A stretch of DNA of 62,790 nt, the filler included, from Asterionella formosa (Eukaryota), in assembly GCA_002256025.1 (NCBI GenBank). It is 21 parts of 21 records of this genome, joined end to end, with 100 filler letters (N's around TTAATTAATTAA, not from the genome) between each part and the next. Parts side by side here need not be neighbours in the genome. Positions count along the whole stretch, not along the records: positions 60,325 to 61,507 come from NKIB01003827.1; positions 61,608 to 62,790 come from NKIB01003828.1; 19 more parts are not named here. One strand, 5' to 3'. Both the position numbers and the translations under genes were made by a program. The first letter of the stretch is position 1; each line of letters begins with the position of its first letter. Below are positions 60,225 through 62,790 of the stretch, in pieces. The notes beneath the pieces were generated by a model, which saw only the letters and a list, made by a program, of their open reading frames with translations, was not told the DNA's origin and searched no databases.

Positions 60225-61699
60225 NNNNNNNNNNNNNNNNNNNNNNNNNNNNNNNNNNNNNNNNNNNNTTAATTAATTAANNNNNNNNNNNNNNNNNNNN
60301 NNNNNNNNNNNNNNNNNNNNNNNNAAATTATTACTACAACGCATCCTAAAATCAGCTCAACTCTATGCTATCATTTAAATTGTTTCATCGTAAATCTATC
60401 GTAAACATCATCATAATTCTAAGCACAAGCATTGTTCAAAATAGATTGAAAAGGATCATAATTTAACTATCAAATTTAGCAATGCTATCTATTATTCTAC
60501 ATGCCAGCAACCCAACGTTTCCCTCTCTACTTGGCTCAATGTATATTGTTCCTGTCTCACCCTTTTCTTCCTCTTTTCTGAATCTTGTGCCAAGCAATGC
60601 CTTACTAATGTTGCGTCTCTCTCCCTACTGTTAGTGTCATTCTGAACTCGCCGACTATTCCGTTGTTTGATCGGTTTTATTGTCCTATGCAGTTACAGTA
60701 ACAATGAGAAGGAATGACTTGTTAGATAGACATGTTACACTGACACAACATCACGCCATTCCTTTGTATCCTCTTGCTTGCTTCACTTACCATAAATCAA
60801 AGCAAGTGGTGCATAAGTCTGTAATAGTTAATTGTCAGTAAATTCTTAAATAAGTAAGTTTCAGGTTTCCAATGTTGTCGAATAAAACTTACCGATTCAT
60901 TTTCGTTAGCTTAACTTTGAGAGAAGTTAAATGTGGCGTGTCCGTCAGTTATGTTCCATCAGAAGTGAATAAGTCCAATGACAAGAGCACTTACCAATAT
61001 TGTTTTATTTTACATTGGTGCTCCCCAACAAGCGAAACGAGCTGTTGAATCAACTGAGAAAAAAGGAAATGTGCGTTTAGTTTACAATTTGTTGTTGTCC
61101 TGCTTCCCAACGATTGTCATCCAAGTACCACATTGATTGCTTCATTACCTTCTTAAACATACTCCATCCTTTGAAGGCGCAATGTGTCGAAGCCACAATG
61201 TTTTTCGTTATTGCCTAACTTTCCTTTCTTGTCATGTGCTTTACTACTTTGCATATTTCTTTTCATGAAGCAGGCATTGTTTGTTAACATGACAGAACGA
61301 TTTCAAATATATTTGCCATGTACATAGTTATAAAATTTGTAAATATATAAATATATCAAGAGTCGTACATTTATAAAAATCAAAGGCACTCTGAGGATAC
61401 CACGGGTACCAATTTTTCCAGCGGCAAACTGCAATGATGAAGGACACTTGTCCCTTTATTGATGGGGATAACACGGAAAACGACTTTTCCAGGAGCAAAC
61501 AACGATGNNNNNNNNNNNNNNNNNNNNNNNNNNNNNNNNNNNNNNNNNNNNTTAATTAATTAANNNNNNNNNNNNNNNNNNNNNNNNNNNNNNNNNNNNN
61601 NNNNNNNGGGCAGCACAATAACCCTGGTGTGCTCAGCATTGTTGGTCAATCTTGACGATAACCTTCTCAGCGATTCTTCTTCCTTTTTGTAACAAGAAC

Positions 61700-62220
61700 T
61701 AAATACCAATGCCTCCGCAAAGAACTTGAGAAAAAAGAGCATGCCATTAACTTCTTTCCTTACAGAAGTGTTTATATGCAAGCATGGCATCTTCTGCTGT
61801 GACTGCTGAAAGGAGAAATGATGACACACTATTTAGCCACCATTTTGTTGCCCATACCATTTCCAAATTGATTTGGAAAGGCCACTTTGCATCATGGACA
61901 TTCAACAACACCTCGAAATTTACAGCATCTGTAGAAAACCACTGTACTTGTAATTGTTTGATATTCATGATCAGCACACACTTCCCCTCTACCATGCTGC
62001 TGCTCACTACACAATTTTTCAATCCATCTGTGTGGTTTCAGCTTTGCCCTCTACATTTTGATCAATTAAAAACAAAATAGAATCATTCCAGAACTCTGAA
62101 GGAAAGAATAAATCAAATAACTGGAAGGCATCGGTGAGCTTCAAACTAATTGGAAATGATGAAAATATTGGATTGCTCTTTGATCCATTAAACTTTGTCT
62201 CCTGGTGTCGCAAATTCCTG
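61700..62220 (-). mobile_element. Decayed piggyBac-like transposase remnant
   Basis: LFDLFFPSEFWN and VWATKWW.N.VSSFLLSAVT..DAMLAYKHF resemble DDE_Tnp_1_7-type N- and C-terminal motifs; internally deleted. Confidence 0.45.
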
Positions 62221-62790
62221 ACTTATTCCAATCATTATCAAATAAATTGTTTGCAACTTCATCATGACAAAAAACTTTTCAGATGCTGGGGCATTGACAA
62301 CACCAATATCAAAAAATCCATTGGGAACGGCAACATTGTTAGTGTCATGATGAACTGCACCAGTACACTTGATAAGTTTGAAAAGCTCTGAAGGCATCAC
62401 TTCACCTTGTTCTGCTGCCTCCTCAAGTACATAATCGCCTTTATCATAGTAAAAGTGAATGGATCAACATCAGAAATGATCTAGAAGTGATTTTCAAGGG
62501 CATGCAACTCAGTTGTATCTGCGTCATCTAGTACAGTCCTGGCTGGGAGCAGTGACCAGCCACAATGGCCATCACCTACTACTTAGCTACCTCTGATTTT
62601 CTTGAGCTCCTTCTGCAGAACTGCCATTCTTTCAAGTCAATTACCTTTTGCGATGTTCACATGATGATTTCGGACCCACAGTGATGGGTGAATGTACTTG
62701 GAAAGGCATGAAACAATGACAGCTTTGCCCATTGTTGTCAAATTTCGTTTTCACACCATCCTGCAAAGATATTTTTGAGATTTTTTTGGC

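Overview
This is eukaryotic nuclear DNA, most likely from a diatom: genes are compact with few short GT-AG introns, there are signal-peptide + 'AF' plastid presequences, LCYB and a PGRL1 fragment, and TTAGGG motifs. The window is not one locus. It is 21 contigs joined by 20 artificial 100-bp spacers (44N-TTAATTAATTAA-44N): two ~19-kb gene-rich contigs (1-19140, 24385-43514) and nineteen ~1.19-kb contigs made mostly of transposon remnants, satellite DNA and gene fragments. Recognisable genes: a selenocysteine thioredoxin reductase with an N-terminal glutaredoxin-like domain (C-terminal GCUG, read through UGA), an M1 aminopeptidase, a J-domain protein, TruB, a DUF4149 protein, a DUF1769-PH-DUF547 protein, a B-lectin/GH99-like hydrolase, a Tim17-family protein and lycopene beta-cyclase. 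Mobile DNA includes a decayed Ty3/gypsy element, three PIF/Harbinger transposase remnants, IS630/Tc1-like and piggyBac-like remnants, a ~100-bp MITE family and an element nested inside one MITE. The most striking pattern is that non-coding DNA is full of chained TA-(CCGG/CCAGG/CCTGG/CCAG/CTGG)-TA units. Comparing repeat copies shows these are insertions at TA sites, and they match the MITE ends (CCAG...CAGG). This suggests repeated transposon insertion/excision footprints that build expanding arrays. Family assignments come from motif recognition only; no searches were run.
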